From Marine Group II euryarchaeote MED-G35 (GTDB lineage Archaea; Thermoplasmatota; Poseidoniia; Poseidoniales; Thalassarchaeaceae), in assembly GCA_002457155.1 (NCBI GenBank), contig NTJS01000004.1, forward strand, positions 1,953 to 65,952: a DNA stretch of 64,000 nucleotides. Reading direction: 5' to 3'. The position numbers and the translations under genes are program-made. A model generated the notes under the pieces. The model ran no database searches. It was given only the letters and a program-made list of their open reading frames with translations, and was not told the origin of the DNA. Shown one piece after another: positions 30,610-39,158 of the stretch (its first letter is position 1; each line of letters starts with the position of its first letter).

Positions 30610-30684
30610 TGGTGCGAGTGCCGGGATTTGAACCCGGGTTCCCACGTTGGCAACGTGGGGTGATAACCGCTACACTACACTCGC
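30610..30684 (-). tRNA. tRNA-Gly (anticodon GCC), CCA encoded
   Basis: The minus-strand sequence is GCGAGTG-TA-GTGT-AGCGGTTA-TCAC-C-CCACG-TTGCCAA-CGTGG-GAAC-CCGGG-TTCAAAT-CCCGG-CACTCGC-A-CCA. The 7-bp acceptor stem and the 5-bp anticodon and T stems are all Watson-Crick. It has a canonical T-loop and an A discriminator. Confidence 0.93.
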
Positions 30685-30712
30685 GCACTCTTTGCAAACC
30701 AGATTGGCTTTT

Positions 30713-31099
30713 CTAAGCGTCGGTATAACCCTCGACTAGGTTCGAGACAAGTATTCGGATGGCATCTCGTGTTTTTCTGTAGTCTTCCATTTCCCCACCA
30801 TGAGGGTCTTCCAAACCCCAGTCCTCGTCTATTGGTAGAGAGGGACAATTCACTCCGCACCCCATGCTGATTATCGCATCGTAATCCCCGGGGTATACTG
30901 CGTCGATCTTTTTCGGACGGAGGTCAGAGGTACCAATTCCAATCTCCTCAAGTGCCTCTATGGCAAACCTAGCGACTCGACCGGATTCTGATGCATGGGT
31001 CCCAGCCGAAGCAGCCTCGTGCCCAAGATATCTTGCAAACCCCTCAGCCATTTGACTTCGACAGGTATTTCCCACGCAAACGAATAAGAGACGCACCAA
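30713..31099 (-). CDS. arsC: low-molecular-weight phosphatase-fold arsenate reductase (thioredoxin-coupled ArsC type) / LMW-PTP
   Basis: The CX5R(S) P-loop is 'FVCVGNTCRSQMAEG', with a second Cys pair 'MGCGVNCP'. The start is TTG (31099) or GTG (31096). Confidence 0.82.
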   Translation of the reverse strand: MVRLLFVCVGNTCRSQMAEGFARYLGHEAASAGTHASESGRVARFAIEALEEIGIGTSDLRPKKIDAVYPGDYDAIISMGCGVNCPSLPIDEDWGLEDPHGGEMEDYRKTRDAIRILVSNLVEGYTDA

Positions 31100-31199
31100 A
31101 CACTCTGTTTGAGGGTCACTAATTAATCAATTGACAATATTTACAATAGGAGAAATCATCCAGAATAGGTTTCAATAATACCCCCTCAAACGGAGTGAC
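31100..31199. promoter_or_regulatory. divergent arsC/mrp control region: AT-rich core flanked by a 15-nt inverted repeat abutting both start codons
   Basis: 31101-31115 'cactctgtttgaggg' is the reverse complement of 31183-31197 'ccctcaaacggagtg' at 14 of 15 positions. The AT-rich boxes 'ctaattaatcaa' (31119-31130) and 'ttcaataata' (31171-31180) each lie about 20-30 nt from the respective start. Confidence 0.4.
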
Positions 31200-32213
31200 A
31201 TGTCGGACTCTCCAGTGTCCCACCATCGGGCTGGTGCCCCTACCGAATCTCCCGATCCAGAGGCATCCAACGAGCAGAGGGCTCAGATGGAGCAGGCATA
31301 TCAACAGATGCAGAGGAAGATGAGAATCAGTAAGATGGATGAGAACATAAAGCACAAGATCATGGTTCTCTCGGGCAAAGGCGGGGTCGGAAAATCAACT
31401 GTAGCCACAGGCTTGGCCCTTTCTCTAGCTCGCCAGGGTAAGAAGGTCGGCCTGATGGATATTGACATCACAGGACCAAACGTCCCAAAGATGCTCGGAC
31501 TAGAGCAAGCCGATCTGAATGTCGAGGAAGGCCAGATTCATCCTGCTGATGGTCCAAGCGGCTTGAAGGTAATCTCGATGGCGTTCTTGTTGGAGGACCC
31601 GGACAAACCTGTGATTTGGCGTGGACCAATTAAACTCGGCGCGATCCAGCAGTTCATCGGAGATGTTGCTTGGGGGGAGTTGGATACTCTGATTATTGAC
31701 TTCCCTCCAGGCACAAGTGACGAGCCTCTTACAGTCAGTCAGAGCCTTCCAGGAATAGATGGGGTGGTAATAGTCACGACCCCCCAGGAAGTCGCTCTTC
31801 TAGACAGTCGAAAATCGATAAACTTCGCCAAAACGATTTCAGTCCCAGTTCTGGGAGTCGTTGAGAACATGAGGGGTTACAATCTGAAGGGGACGTCCAC
31901 GCCAAACTCCAAGATATCAGTAATGGGCCCTGGAGGAGTGCCGATCGATTGCCACTCTGATGAGGATGGAAAGTGGGAAATCACCCTTGACGTATTCAAG
32001 TCAGGAGGAGGGGAAGAAACCTCGAAAGAGATGGAGGTGCCGTTCCTAGGCTCCCTTCCATTCGACCCCGGAATTGTCAGAGGGGGCGACGATGGTGTTC
32101 ACAGAATTATCGCCGAGCCAGACGGAGAAACGGCACGTGCCTTCGAATCGATAGTGGAAAGCGTACTCGAGCAGCTTGACAAGGGCTCTCAGCGTACTCT
32201 AAGGATAATCTGA
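31200..32213 (+). CDS. Mrp/NBP35/ApbC family Fe-S cluster carrier ATPase
   Basis: The deviant Walker A is 'SGKGGVGKST'. 'IIDFPPGTSDE' and 'VVIVTTPQEVAL' are also present. Confidence 0.9.
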   Translation: MSDSPVSHHRAGAPTESPDPEASNEQRAQMEQAYQQMQRKMRISKMDENIKHKIMVLSGKGGVGKSTVATGLALSLARQGKKVGLMDIDITGPNVPKMLGLEQADLNVEEGQIHPADGPSGLKVISMAFLLEDPDKPVIWRGPIKLGAIQQFIGDVAWGELDTLIIDFPPGTSDEPLTVSQSLPGIDGVVIVTTPQEVALLDSRKSINFAKTISVPVLGVVENMRGYNLKGTSTPNSKISVMGPGGVPIDCHSDEDGKWEITLDVFKSGGGEETSKEMEVPFLGSLPFDPGIVRGGDDGVHRIIAEPDGETARAFESIVESVLEQLDKGSQRTLRII

Positions 32214-32266
32214 CACCCCAATCTTTGCGTTGGCTTGATGACATAGTCTCACTCCCACAAGTCGTA

Positions 32267-34354
32267 ATGGTTGCTGAAACAGGCATCTACATCACTTGGG
32301 TGACTGGAGCTATTCTGATTAGTATAGCAATGATGCCAGTTTTCAAACCACCATATGCGAGAATCAGTGCTGACGGCTTCATTGACATGTTCAGAAGATA
32401 CTGGGCGCATATGGTGGTGGTCTTCTCGGTCTACCTTTGGAAGGATTTGCTCGATGGCCTAGACAGGATTCTGATGGCCAATACCCAACTAGACATGACC
32501 TTCCTGGTTTATGCGATAGAGGGAGACTCGGTTCTTTGGGTTCAAGAAGGTCTAAGGAGTGAACTCTTGGACGTTTTCATGACTCATTTCTATGTCATGG
32601 GATTCATGACTGCAACATTCGCTTCATTCGTTTATCCCATTTACTTTGATGACAGACACATGGCTGACAGAGTGTCCCTTTCGATGTTCTGGGTGTACAT
32701 TTTGGCGATACCATTCTACTTGTTCCTTAATGTCAAGGTTACAGGGAACTATGTAGAGGGAATGGAGACAATCGCTTACGACCTAACTCCAGAAATCCAC
32801 AATTGGTTCAATAGGATTGATCCATTTACCAATGGAATGCCTAGTTTGCACATTGGTCTGCCGTTTGCAATTTGGCTCTCCATGCACAGATGGGACGAGG
32901 ACGGAAGATGGAGGAGGTTCCGGAATTTCCTGATTTTATTCATAGGTTCGACGTCAGTCTCAATTGTTTACTTGGGGATACATTGGTTCGTTGACATTAT
33001 TGGGGGGATGATCATTGCAATCTTGGCAGTAAATCTCACTGCGAGGACGCATGAGCCAATTTGGCGATTCGCTGACGAGAGGCTCTTCACTAGGAGACTA
33101 GCCAGAACCCTTGAAGATCCCCGTGGATCCTTACTGCGAACAATGCGTTCTTTCATCAAGACTCTTGACCCTGTTAAGGAACCAGGTAAGAATCAAACGG
33201 GGGCGATCATCCTATCCCTCATCATTTTGACAGGATCAGTTCTGCTTTGGGACGTAACACATCAGAAGATCTCCATAGACGAGGCCGACTCTCCCACATC
33301 TGCCTCCGGTTCGGGAGAGTGGCTTGTGTGGGTCGAAGAATCAGGAGGTGGAGTGGAAATAACTGCAGGGAACGTTACTTCGGAGACCAATAGGACCGTG
33401 GGCGGACAGCAATGGGCAGAAACTCCCAAGGTTGTCTCATCTGGAGACAGTTTCGTTATTTTTGACAATAAAAGCGTCGATTACTTTGAGCATGACCAGG
33501 GATCAGGGGTTCTTCAGCCAATTTTCGCAGAGATTTCAGATGAGGAAATTATCGACATAGCAATTTCCATCGACTCCAATGGAGGGAAGCACCTTGCAAT
33601 ACTCTCATCCAATAAACTCCAGTTAGTTGAACCTTCAGACAAGTCAACCAATATTGTAGAATTGAATACAAACTCCTCAGTAGTTGCTTCATCGGGAGCC
33701 CTTGTAGCAATCTCAGAAACATCGGAAGCAGGACCACTCGTCAATATCACTTCCATTGACTCTGATCTCACAATTTCCATCCTACTAGACCCTAAGTCTT
33801 CCGAACGAATCGAAGATTCAATAATGAACTCGGGAACCTACCTTGATTTCCAGAATTCCACAATCGTAGATCTCGTTATGGATTCTAATTGGCTTGTAGC
33901 TACAGTTGACATCGGCCCATTCAACAGAACCATACTAGTTGACACACTCTCCATTAATCAGTCCCTCATTTCCAATCCGCGTTGGGACTCATCATCTCCC
34001 AGTATTGGGGATGGCAGAGTTGCTTTCCTTCAAGTGACTAGAGATGACATCATCTCATCCTCCAGCTCCTCTCAGAGGAACAATGATGTCTACGTTCACG
34101 AATTGGAATCTGGGGAAACCAATCAATACACCTTTGATGAAGAAGTTTCTCAGTCCCAGCCACAGATATTGTTCGAGAGGTTAGCTTGGATCGAAATCAA
34201 CGAAGATGGAGAAAAGGAACTCATAGTCCAATCGTTCACTGACACAATCGAGCCAAGGAACTCACTTCTCCTCCAGGCTTCTATTCTAGCCATGATTCCG
34301 CTGATTTTCTTATGGACACTCCAGTCATACGGTATCGAGAAGATCACTCAGTGA
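32267..34354 (+). CDS. membrane protein: PAP2_3 (IPC/sphingomyelin-synthase-like) domain fused to large extracytoplasmic beta-rich domain and C-terminal TM
   Basis: The N-terminal ~300 aa are polytopic, with 'MPSLHIGLPF' and 'GIHWFVDIIGG' (HxxxD) PAP2-type motifs. After the TM 'GAIILSLIILTGSVLLW' come ~330 aa of Ser/Val/Ile-rich, propeller-like repeats ('GRVAFLQV..NDVYVHELESGETNQYT'). The final TM is 'ILAMIPLIFLWTL'. Confidence 0.6.
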   Translation: MVAETGIYITWVTGAILISIAMMPVFKPPYARISADGFIDMFRRYWAHMVVVFSVYLWKDLLDGLDRILMANTQLDMTFLVYAIEGDSVLWVQEGLRSELLDVFMTHFYVMGFMTATFASFVYPIYFDDRHMADRVSLSMFWVYILAIPFYLFLNVKVTGNYVEGMETIAYDLTPEIHNWFNRIDPFTNGMPSLHIGLPFAIWLSMHRWDEDGRWRRFRNFLILFIGSTSVSIVYLGIHWFVDIIGGMIIAILAVNLTARTHEPIWRFADERLFTRRLARTLEDPRGSLLRTMRSFIKTLDPVKEPGKNQTGAIILSLIILTGSVLLWDVTHQKISIDEADSPTSASGSGEWLVWVEESGGGVEITAGNVTSETNRTVGGQQWAETPKVVSSGDSFVIFDNKSVDYFEHDQGSGVLQPIFAEISDEEIIDIAISIDSNGGKHLAILSSNKLQLVEPSDKSTNIVELNTNSSVVASSGALVAISETSEAGPLVNITSIDSDLTISILLDPKSSERIEDSIMNSGTYLDFQNSTIVDLVMDSNWLVATVDIGPFNRTILVDTLSINQSLISNPRWDSSSPSIGDGRVAFLQVTRDDIISSSSSSQRNNDVYVHELESGETNQYTFDEEVSQSQPQILFERLAWIEINEDGEKELIVQSFTDTIEPRNSLLLQASILAMIPLIFLWTLQSYGIEKITQ

Positions 34355-35429
34355 GCCTGAACATCTCATCCAGGCTTTTCGAGGCTCTCTTCAGCGTCCC
34401 TTCTGGGATCTCTATAATCTGCTCCGGATATGGGTCAATTAGTGCCTGAAGGATGTCCTCCAACTGGGTCTTCTTCATGTGCTTGCACATCACACATGCC
34501 CCCATCAAATTCAGATTATCCTCTGTCTCAGCTAGGACTCTGTCAGCAGTACCGCACTCCGTAATCAGCATCATATCCCTCTTGCCGATACTAGCTAGAC
34601 GCTTTGCTTCGTTCATCAGCAACTCGCTACTTCCTACGAAGTCACTTTCTTCAAGAACCTCCGAATCACACTCAGGATGACTCAGAACCTTCAGATCGAT
34701 TCCATTCTCTGACATGTTCTTCTTCCAGTTCCTGATTTTTGGTCCAGTAAACTCTGCATGGACCTCACATTCGCCGTCATAGAGTATCACTTCCTTCTTT
34801 CCCCAGAGTGAATTCTGCAGGTGCCTCCCCATGAATTTGTCAGGTACGAAGATCAAACTATCACCTGGCAAACTCTCACAAATTCTGAGATAATTGCTAC
34901 TTGTTACGCATACATCACACTCCGCCTTTACCGCTGCACTTGTGTTGATGTAGCAAACAACCGGCACCCCTGGATTGTCCTCCCTAATCCTGATCACATC
35001 TTCTGCCTCTATGCTATCACTTAGGGAGCATCCAGCATCTGGGGATGGGTGCAGCACGGTCTTGTTGGGGCTGACTATCTTCGCTGTCTCAGCCATGAAT
35101 CTGACGCTGGAGAACAGAATTGTCTGTTGAGGCGCATCTCGGGCCTCCTTTGAGAGGGCATAACTATCGGCAACTGAGTCTGCTACTCCATAGGTGATGT
35201 CAGGTGTCTGATACGAATGCGCAATTAGGAACACGTCTTTTTCCTCCTTGAGACGATTGATCTCAAGGGTTAGTGGGGCTAGGGATCTGCATACCTCCAT
35301 GCTCCAACGCATTGGCTGCCTGATTGCATACTGGAGCCTTACTGCTTCCTTGTCTATCTCCGACTCAGAATAGCCGAAATTGCCCAAGAAAACCCTTGGA
35401 ATCGGGGCGGAGGGCATGTCCAGAACCAT
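34344..35429 (-). CDS. nadA: quinolinate synthase
   Basis: 'VFLIAHSYQTPDI', 'ADSVADSYALS', 'FMAETAKI', 'CYINTSA' and 'LITECGT' are present. The exact start is uncertain; internal ATGs are at 35417, 35312 and 35300. Confidence 0.9.
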   Translation of the reverse strand: MVLDMPSAPIPRVFLGNFGYSESEIDKEAVRLQYAIRQPMRWSMEVCRSLAPLTLEINRLKEEKDVFLIAHSYQTPDITYGVADSVADSYALSKEARDAPQQTILFSSVRFMAETAKIVSPNKTVLHPSPDAGCSLSDSIEAEDVIRIREDNPGVPVVCYINTSAAVKAECDVCVTSSNYLRICESLPGDSLIFVPDKFMGRHLQNSLWGKKEVILYDGECEVHAEFTGPKIRNWKKNMSENGIDLKVLSHPECDSEVLEESDFVGSSELLMNEAKRLASIGKRDMMLITECGTADRVLAETEDNLNLMGACVMCKHMKKTQLEDILQALIDPYPEQIIEIPEGTLKRASKSLDEMFRLTE

Positions 35430-35487
35430 GTCGACCGGTCAATCGTCTGAGTGCAACCGCTTTCAAGTCATCTGGCATCGGATTTGC

Positions 35488-36153
35488 ATGGCGAGCGGGG
35501 GGATTCCAATGTGGAAACCCGATAACGTGCTCCACGAGGGGGCAGAGGCGACTGTTACCGCGGGCTCTTGGCTGGGGAGGAAAGCAGTCCTCAAGTCTCG
35601 AAGGGCTCGTTCTTACAGGCATCCAGATCTCGATCGCAGACTAACAAGGCAAAGATTGGCAGTTGAGGCAAGAGTACTATCCAGACTATCTTCAGTTGGG
35701 TTCCCATCTCCGAAACTGATGTTCTTGGATCAGCGTAATTCATCCATGCTTCTATCCAGAATAGAAGGGATGACTCTCTATGACTTGCTCAAGTCTGTCG
35801 ATTATTCCGGTGACGAACTCTTCTCCCTCGGCAGTTTGATTCGCAGACTCCATGAGACGGGAATATCGCATGGTGATTTGACTACGCATAACGTAATGTC
35901 AAACAACGAGGGCGATCTTCATCTCATTGACTTCGGTTTGTCTAGGCAATCCCCAGAATTGGAACACATGGGTCTCGACCTACAGGTGCTCCGGGAATGC
36001 CTCGGCGCCAGTCATTCGGAAATTGATGGCGCCATCGACATGGTCTGTGAAGGGTACATGGAAGCTCAGTCTCTCAACGACGATGCAGAGAGTGCGGAAA
36101 ATGTGATAGAACGCTTTCGCAAAATCGCAGGGAGAGTCAGGTATCACGGCTAG
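35488..36153 (+). CDS. bud32: Bud32/Kae1-associated atypical protein kinase (KEOPS subunit)
   Basis: 'GAEATVTAGSWLGRKAVLKSR..YRHPDLDRRL', the catalytic 'ISHGDLTTHNVM' and 'HLIDFGLS' are present. Internal ATG 35488 avoids overlap with nadA, which the track's 35380 start would create. Confidence 0.8.
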   Translation: MASGGIPMWKPDNVLHEGAEATVTAGSWLGRKAVLKSRRARSYRHPDLDRRLTRQRLAVEARVLSRLSSVGFPSPKLMFLDQRNSSMLLSRIEGMTLYDLLKSVDYSGDELFSLGSLIRRLHETGISHGDLTTHNVMSNNEGDLHLIDFGLSRQSPELEHMGLDLQVLRECLGASHSEIDGAIDMVCEGYMEAQSLNDDAESAENVIERFRKIAGRVRYHG

Positions 36154-36163
36154 GGTTGATAAT

Positions 36164-36757
36164 ATGCATATTCTTTTCGCTACTGGAAACAAACACAAAG
36201 TTTCAGAGGCTTCGGAAATTCTATCTCATCTCGGATATGGGGTGGAGCAATTGCTAATTCGGGGAAAGGCTCCGGAACTTATTGAGCCACAGGCAGAAGG
36301 AATAGAGGAAGTTGCAATTTCCAAGATCAAGCAAGCGAGAGAGTTGGTGATGGGTACGGAGCTAGAGGGCTCGATTATCCTAGCAGAGGACTCAGGCCTC
36401 TTCATCGATTCACTCGGGGGGTTTCCAGGCCCCTACTCATCGTATGTCGAGAATACTATCGGATTACCCGGGATTCTTCAACTAATGACCCCAGAGACTG
36501 GAAGAAGGGCCGAGTTCAGGGCTATTGCAGCAGTCTACATAGACGGGAACATCTTCTTCGGAAATGGAATTTGCGAAGGAGAGATATCCGAAGAGATATC
36601 CGGAGAAATGGGCTTTGGATTTGATCCAATTTTCATACCAGATGATGGCGATGGAAGAACCTGCGGAGAGATGTCTTCAATGGAAAAATCATCCATTTCG
36701 CACAGAGGTAGGGCCCTGAAGGCGGTCTCAGAACTCCTCAATCCCCCGTCAAAGTGA
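36164..36757 (+). CDS. non-canonical purine NTP pyrophosphatase (RdgB/HAM1 family)
   Basis: 'ILFATGNKHKVSEA', 'EDSGLFIDSLGGFPGPYS', 'GFGFDPIF' and 'SISHRGRAL' are present. Confidence 0.9.
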   Translation: MHILFATGNKHKVSEASEILSHLGYGVEQLLIRGKAPELIEPQAEGIEEVAISKIKQARELVMGTELEGSIILAEDSGLFIDSLGGFPGPYSSYVENTIGLPGILQLMTPETGRRAEFRAIAAVYIDGNIFFGNGICEGEISEEISGEMGFGFDPIFIPDDGDGRTCGEMSSMEKSSISHRGRALKAVSELLNPPSK

Positions 36758-37683
36758 ATAGAAGCAGTCCTCCGTGCCGTACTAGAATGGTTACGGCAAC
36801 TAGGCTTCTTCTGATTGTAATGAGCATTTTTTCAGTACCCATTTACCTTGTATTCATTGTTCCAGAGGGTCTGATCATGCAGGCAGCAGGGGCAGTTTTG
36901 ATCCTTCTAATGGTCTCGATGATGCTTTTCACCGGTAGGAGGCCGATTCCCTCAACAAAGAAGAAAGATCCAGTTTTCATCGATCAAGAGTCCGACTTCG
37001 GCGACATAGAATTGCCTCCCCCAGTCCACTCGGAGGAGTCTCTGGAAGAAGTTCGCGCCTCAAAAATCCGAAGGAGCAGAGGTAGGAAGAACGTCTCAGA
37101 GATTCCCACTCCAGAGATCCCATACCCAACCCCAGACCCATCTACCAGCACCCCTCTAGACACTCCACTAGTCACTGCTGAATCAGATATGGATGTCGAA
37201 GGTACGGCTAGAGTCCATATCGCCGGATCTGACCCCGAGCTCCAAGCCGAAGCCGAAGTCGACCTTTACCTCGCCCAGCAGAGAGAGAGAAGAGAAGTTT
37301 TCAGAGACCGACTTCATCGAGAAAGACGACTAGAAATGTCCAAGCGAGTAGCCGATGAAGCCAGAAAGTGGGCACAGGTTGAGGATGGGGAAGATCTCTC
37401 TACTCTGACAAGTATCCCTGGGCATGGCTTAGCGGTCTTTTACGAACCAGAAGAACCCGACCCCTCCATTCCCCAGGGGGTTTCTTATGTCCGGATAGAT
37501 GATGAGAGAGTACTGAAGGTCAGGATTTCGTTGGATGTGCCTAGATTAGAACCCATCACCTCTGAAGGAGAATTGATCGAATCTCTAGACATTGACTCGC
37601 CCCAACCCCCCCCTACTCCGGGGATGCCGATGCCACCGCCCCCTTTGCCAGACCTGCCTCCTCCCATTGGGCCAGAAGACTAG
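36754..37683 (+). CDS. hypothetical membrane protein with charged middle region and proline-rich C-terminus
   Basis: There are two N-terminal TM helices ('LLLIVMSIFSVPIYLVFIV', 'AAGAVLILLMVSMMLF'). The tail is 'PQPPPTPGMPMPPPPLPDLPPPIGPED'. The GTG start overlaps the upstream stop (GTGA); an alternative ATG is at 36787. Confidence 0.45.
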   Translation: MNRSSPPCRTRMVTATRLLLIVMSIFSVPIYLVFIVPEGLIMQAAGAVLILLMVSMMLFTGRRPIPSTKKKDPVFIDQESDFGDIELPPPVHSEESLEEVRASKIRRSRGRKNVSEIPTPEIPYPTPDPSTSTPLDTPLVTAESDMDVEGTARVHIAGSDPELQAEAEVDLYLAQQRERREVFRDRLHRERRLEMSKRVADEARKWAQVEDGEDLSTLTSIPGHGLAVFYEPEEPDPSIPQGVSYVRIDDERVLKVRISLDVPRLEPITSEGELIESLDIDSPQPPPTPGMPMPPPPLPDLPPPIGPED

Positions 37684-37724
37684 CCCTGTGATACGTTGAA
37701 GCGATATGCCTTGTTCGGCTTAGC

Positions 37725-38561
37725 ATGGCAGAGGATGTAATGACGGTCGAGGACATCGTCGTTGACGGTTCAAGTCCAGAAGGAGGGGTAATCTCAGTTT
37801 GGACCCTCAATAGACCCGACAAACTCAATGCGCTTAATGCAGAGTCGCACAGGGCCATCAAGGAGGCTTCGGCCAGAGCGAACTCCGATGACTCCGTCCG
37901 CTGTGTCGTCATCAAGGGAGCCCCCCCACCAGAGGCAGAGGAGGGAAAGAGGCCTAAGCCACATGCATTTGCAGCAGGTGCGGATATCTCTGAATTTGCG
38001 GGAAAGGACTCGGATGACGTCCGTCCATTCTTCGAGGACAATGCTTGGGAAGCGGTTTGGAACATTTCCAAGCCAACTATAGCGATGGTAGACGGATTCG
38101 CTCTAGGAGGAGGTACTGAGTTAGCACTCTCCTGCGATATTCGAATTGCTTCGGATAGGTCCACATTCGGACAGCCAGAGATCAATCTTGGGCTGATTCC
38201 AGGAGGGGGTGGGACTCAGAGACTATGCCGGCTAATTGGATATGGCAGGACCATGGAGATTGTGCTCTCTGGAGGAATGGTGAAGGCTGAGGATGCACTC
38301 AAGATGGGAATCGTCAACAGGATGGTATCTCCGGAGGAACTTGAATCTGAAACCATGAATCTTGCAGAGGAGATCTCTCGGAAGTCCCCATACACGACCA
38401 AGGTCGCGAAGCGAGTAGTAAGGGGTGCATTGGAACTGCCCTTCTCCGAGGGCGTTTTAATGGAACGCTCGGAGTTCGTGGCCTTATTCGATACCGAGGA
38501 CAAGGAAGTTGGCGTTAGAGCATTCTTGGAACGGTCAGAAGCAGATTGGGTCGGACGATAG
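37725..38561 (+). CDS. enoyl-CoA hydratase/isomerase (crotonase) family
   Basis: 'LNRPDKLNALN', 'FAAGADISEF', 'IAMVDGFALGGGTELALSCD' and 'FGQPEINLGLIPGGGGTQRL' are present. Confidence 0.9.
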   Translation: MAEDVMTVEDIVVDGSSPEGGVISVWTLNRPDKLNALNAESHRAIKEASARANSDDSVRCVVIKGAPPPEAEEGKRPKPHAFAAGADISEFAGKDSDDVRPFFEDNAWEAVWNISKPTIAMVDGFALGGGTELALSCDIRIASDRSTFGQPEINLGLIPGGGGTQRLCRLIGYGRTMEIVLSGGMVKAEDALKMGIVNRMVSPEELESETMNLAEEISRKSPYTTKVAKRVVRGALELPFSEGVLMERSEFVALFDTEDKEVGVRAFLERSEADWVGR

Positions 38562-38565
38562 AGAT

Positions 38566-39150
38566 CTAACCAAGGCTATTGGAGATGATTCCAGCAGCGT
38601 CGCTTTCCTTCGTAGGGTCTACGAGCAGCCATTCTGACTGAGAGCCAGAAACAACCAGATTTTCCTGTATCTCCCTGATTCTATCCAAGTTTCCCAAGTA
38701 GTGATCGACTTGCTTCCCGTTGTGCTTCTCTCGATTAGCGATCATTCCTCTGTGCATATTTTCGCTGGTCACGTATAGTACCACACCAGTGGCAATCCCA
38801 CCAGCATCGCGCCATTCGTCAATTATCTTCTTGTTGGGGAAATAATGAACCCCCTCCAGAAGTAGGTCACTCCTCTTTTCTAGGGCTCTCTGGATGACTG
38901 CCTGTACTCCTTCGGAAACAACTTCGACTGTTTCCCCCCAGTCTTCAACTGCTGAACCACCAGCCGACTCAAATGACGATCTGTGCAGTGGCGGATTTTC
39001 CGAAGATGTGAGTTGTGTTCTGAGTACCTCTCTCACTGTATCCGTTGAGGCAACCTTACTGAAATTGAGTGTTGAGGCCAGTTTTGCGGACATTGTAGAC
39101 TTCCCGACACCGCTGGTTCCGACGATGATCAGGAGTCTCGGGACTACCAT
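38566..39150 (-). CDS. P-loop kinase, 2-phosphoglycerate kinase (COG2074)-like
   Basis: 'LLIIVGTSGVGKSTMSAKLAS...VASTDTVREVLR' matches the 2PGK-family N-terminus. It lies 8 nt downstream of the aldehyde dehydrogenase gene. Confidence 0.55.
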   Translation of the reverse strand: MVVPRLLIIVGTSGVGKSTMSAKLASTLNFSKVASTDTVREVLRTQLTSSENPPLHRSSFESAGGSAVEDWGETVEVVSEGVQAVIQRALEKRSDLLLEGVHYFPNKKIIDEWRDAGGIATGVVLYVTSENMHRGMIANREKHNGKQVDHYLGNLDRIREIQENLVVSGSQSEWLLVDPTKESDAAGIISNSLG

Positions 39151-39158
39151 AGAATCAC

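Noticed and set aside
30610-30684. The tRNA-Gly as an integration site for a genomic island
   Set aside because: No integrase, transposase or phage-like gene lies on either side. I did not spot a direct repeat of the tRNA 3' half elsewhere in the window, though that was a manual scan and not exhaustive.
30685-30720. TATA-like 'ttagaaaag' 24-32 nt upstream of the tRNA-Gly 5' end as its promoter
   Set aside because: The position is right for an archaeal TATA box, but the match is weak and overlaps the arsC stop codon. The support is too thin to list as a feature.
37590-37683. C-rich tract (CCN runs) at the end of the 309-aa membrane protein gene
   Set aside because: It encodes a proline-rich tail ('PPPTPGMPMPPPPLPDLPPP') in frame with the ORF. 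It is not a simple-sequence repeat or a G-quadruplex-type element on its own.
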